DNA from: a virus
Lineage: Duplodnaviria > Caudoviricetes
Strand: one strand, 5' to 3'
Virus record (IMG/VR): IMGVR_UViG_3300033168_000203
Location: 1 to 45,525 of that record
Length of the DNA: 45,525 nucleotides
Positions 43,696 through 45,525 of this stretch are shown here, piece by piece. Both the position numbers and the translations under genes were made by a program. The notes beneath the pieces were generated by a model. It was not told the DNA's origin, made no database searches, and saw nothing but the letters and a program-made list of their open reading frames with translations. The first letter of the stretch is position 1; each line of letters starts with the position of its first letter.

Positions 43696-43879
43696 CCCAC
43701 AACAGGTGACCATCGAGGATGCCTACCAAGAGGCGTGTCAAGCGTTGGGGGAGTCCACCGTGCAGCAACGGCTCATGGCGAAAGCTGCCAGCGCGCAGAT
43801 CGAGGCGCTCACCACCGAGCGCGACAGGCTGCTCAGCAAGGCCAGCACCAAAAGTTCCGCGGCCACCGCGAACGCCTGA
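43688..43879 (+). CDS. Small coiled-coil protein (possible fibre chaperone)
   Basis: Overlaps the end of the fibre gene; heptads. Confidence 0.55.
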   Translation: MSSPQQVTIEDAYQEACQALGESTVQQRLMAKAASAQIEALTTERDRLLSKASTKSSAATANA

Positions 43880-43907
43880 CCCCCCTCCCCTGCCCCTGCC
43901 CCTCGTC

Positions 43908-43953
43908 TGCCCACCCCGGCAGGCGGGGGCATCGTCGTCTGTGGGGGTGGGCA
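43908..43953. terminator. Hairpin between convergent transcription units
   Basis: TGCCCACCCC...GGGGTGGGCA with inner GCAGGCG/CGTCTGT. Confidence 0.55.
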
Positions 43954-44064
43954 ACCCCAACCCCGTGACCTACCGCCTACCCCGGCCCGTCCTCATCCTC
44001 GACCACCGGCTCGATCGGCTCCTCCACCGCCCGGTGCTCACCCGTCACCGGGTCTCGGGTCAGG

Positions 44065-44628
44065 TCAGCAGGCCCCGCCGACCTGATCAATGAGGTTGCG
44101 CAGCGGCCGAGTGGCAGGCGCGTCGACGTTGTACCCGGCGTTGTCGGCTGCCGCCGCGATCTGAGTGCAGTACCCCGGCCCAGTCGGTGATGTGGCGGCG
44201 AAGGAGTCGACCGTCAGTGTGCAAGAGGCGAAGTTCACGGCGCCGATGAGCAGCGCGTGCGGCGGAAGGTTGGGGGTTATCTCCCGCTCGATGAGGTCGG
44301 GCTTGTTGGTGGGGAGGGTACAGCCGGTGGTTGTCGGTGCTGGCGCTGCGGCCTGCTGTGTCGTCGGAGTCGGGGCCGCGGAGGTCGTCGTCGGAGCCGC
44401 TGCCGTTGAGGTTGCCGCCGCCGTGTCCGTCTTGCTGCCGCCGCTGTTGCTGGCGATGGAGATGATGATGATCAGCAGGATGACGCCCCCGACGATGAAC
44501 GGCCACTTCTTCCGCTTCTTCGGTGGCTTCGCAGGCGGGCCGCCCTGCGGCGGGTACTGCCCACCCGGTGGCTGCTGTCCGGGTGGCCCCCACTGCGGTC
44601 CCTGCGGCGGTCCAGGCTGATCAGTCAT
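44065..44628 (-). CDS. Membrane-anchored exported protein (candidate superinfection exclusion)
   Basis: P/G/Q-rich N-terminus, 'KKRKKWP' plus TM, T/A/P linker, Cys-containing C-terminal domain; downstream of integrase. Confidence 0.8.
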   Translation of the reverse strand: MTDQPGPPQGPQWGPPGQQPPGGQYPPQGGPPAKPPKKRKKWPFIVGGVILLIIIISIASNSGGSKTDTAAATSTAAAPTTTSAAPTPTTQQAAAPAPTTTGCTLPTNKPDLIEREITPNLPPHALLIGAVNFASCTLTVDSFAATSPTGPGYCTQIAAAADNAGYNVDAPATRPLRNLIDQVGGAC

Positions 44629-44694
44629 GGTCTCCCCTTGGGTTGTCGTTGGTAGTGCGCATCATGCACCCGGCACGCTTTGATCGGGTAACGA

Positions 44695-45525
44695 TCACGC
44701 CGCGATCCCGAGCGACGCGGCAGCGGCAGCACGGCGCATCGCCCCCTTCGGCACCAACGTATAAATCGTCGTGGTCTGAATGTTCGCATGTCCGAGCAGC
44801 TCCTGTACCGCCCTGATGTCGCGTTCCAGGTCGTAGGCGAAAGTGGCGAAGCGGTGGCGAAGCTTGTGTGCCGTCCACCCGTCATCTAGTGAGCGGGACA
44901 CGAGGACACCGCAGTGCGCCGGCGACAGGTGTCCCCCGATCTGACCGGGGAACAGATAGCCGGGTGGCATGCGGCGGATCACGCGGGCCAATGAGTCGGA
45001 CAGCGGCACCACCCGTTCCCGGCCGCCTTTGCCCAGCACTCGCAGCGACCATCCGGTCAGGTCGGGCTCGACGTCGGTAGTGTGGATCTTCGCCAGCTCC
45101 CCACGCCTGATGCCGGTCTCGGTGAGGATCACGATCATCAGCCGTGTCCTGGCGTCCGAGCGGGCCACTGCGTCGAGCACCACCTGATCCGGTGCGGGCC
45201 TCGGCAACGAACGCGGCACAGAGATGGTGGGCAACTCGTAGGCGACGTTCACCGGGGTGCGGCCGGTGGCGTGCATCCACGCGAAGAACTGCCGCAGCGA
45301 TGAACGGTACCCGCGGCGGGTTTGCGGTTTCCAATCTTTCCTGGCCATCCACACGATGAGGTGGTCGTAGGTGATGGTGCGCGGCGTGAGGTTCGGGTGG
45401 TCGTGTCCCAGTCTGCGCAGGTGGTAGGTCCTTAGGTAGCGGGTGGACTCGGCTCTTCCTGGTGCTCGCATCCACTGCTCCCACTGCTCGATCTCGGTCG
45501 CCCACGCGGTGGGCGTACTCAGCAT
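44695..45525 (-). CDS. int: Tyrosine integrase (short, no arm-binding domain)
   Basis: Catalytic R (TGIRRGE), K (GKG), HxLR (HKLRH), H (LGH), Y (TTIY); 276 aa; ends 'LGIAA'. Confidence 0.96.
   Translation of the reverse strand: MLSTPTAWATEIEQWEQWMRAPGRAESTRYLRTYHLRRLGHDHPNLTPRTITYDHLIVWMARKDWKPQTRRGYRSSLRQFFAWMHATGRTPVNVAYELPTISVPRSLPRPAPDQVVLDAVARSDARTRLMIVILTETGIRRGELAKIHTTDVEPDLTGWSLRVLGKGGRERVVPLSDSLARVIRRMPPGYLFPGQIGGHLSPAHCGVLVSRSLDDGWTAHKLRHRFATFAYDLERDIRAVQELLGHANIQTTTIYTLVPKGAMRRAAAAASLGIAA

Larger units (their letters stand above)
1..45525. mobile_element. Temperate siphophage / prophage of an actinobacterium, near complete
   Basis: Repressor, integrase, replication, terminase-portal-capsid-tail-tape measure and lysis modules in canonical order; high GC. 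Confidence 0.97.

Noticed and set aside
43960-44064. Short ORF-like sequence on either strand after the terminator
   Set aside because: No convincing RBS or start; at most a gene remnant.

Overview
The window is an essentially complete, GC-rich temperate siphophage (prophage) of an actinobacterium, trimmed from the stop codon of the immunity repressor (position 1) to the start codon of a tyrosine integrase (position 45525). Gene order: tRNA-Lys att fragment and repressor/Cro switch; recombination, methylase and replication genes (RepA-like initiator with internal iterons, DnaB); many small early genes including RusA; a late-activator-like gene, structured RNA and a degenerate tRNA-Trp; a ~6 kb accessory block; HNH, an unusual AT-tract array, terminase, portal, scaffold, capsid, tail, tape measure; lysis cassette (no LysB recognised); fibre genes; membrane protein; integrase. 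The switch has the hallmarks of integration-dependent immunity. The most unusual locus is a translationally coupled cassette at 17151-18924: a 43-aa Lys-rich peptide missing from the ORF track, a soluble phosphatidylserine-decarboxylase-fold (pyruvoyl) enzyme, and an ArgZ/DDAH-like guanidino-group hydrolase. It carries embedded GCAAT+AT-tract motifs that recur as an ~8-unit array beside the likely cos site. All product calls come from motif recognition by eye; no searches were run.
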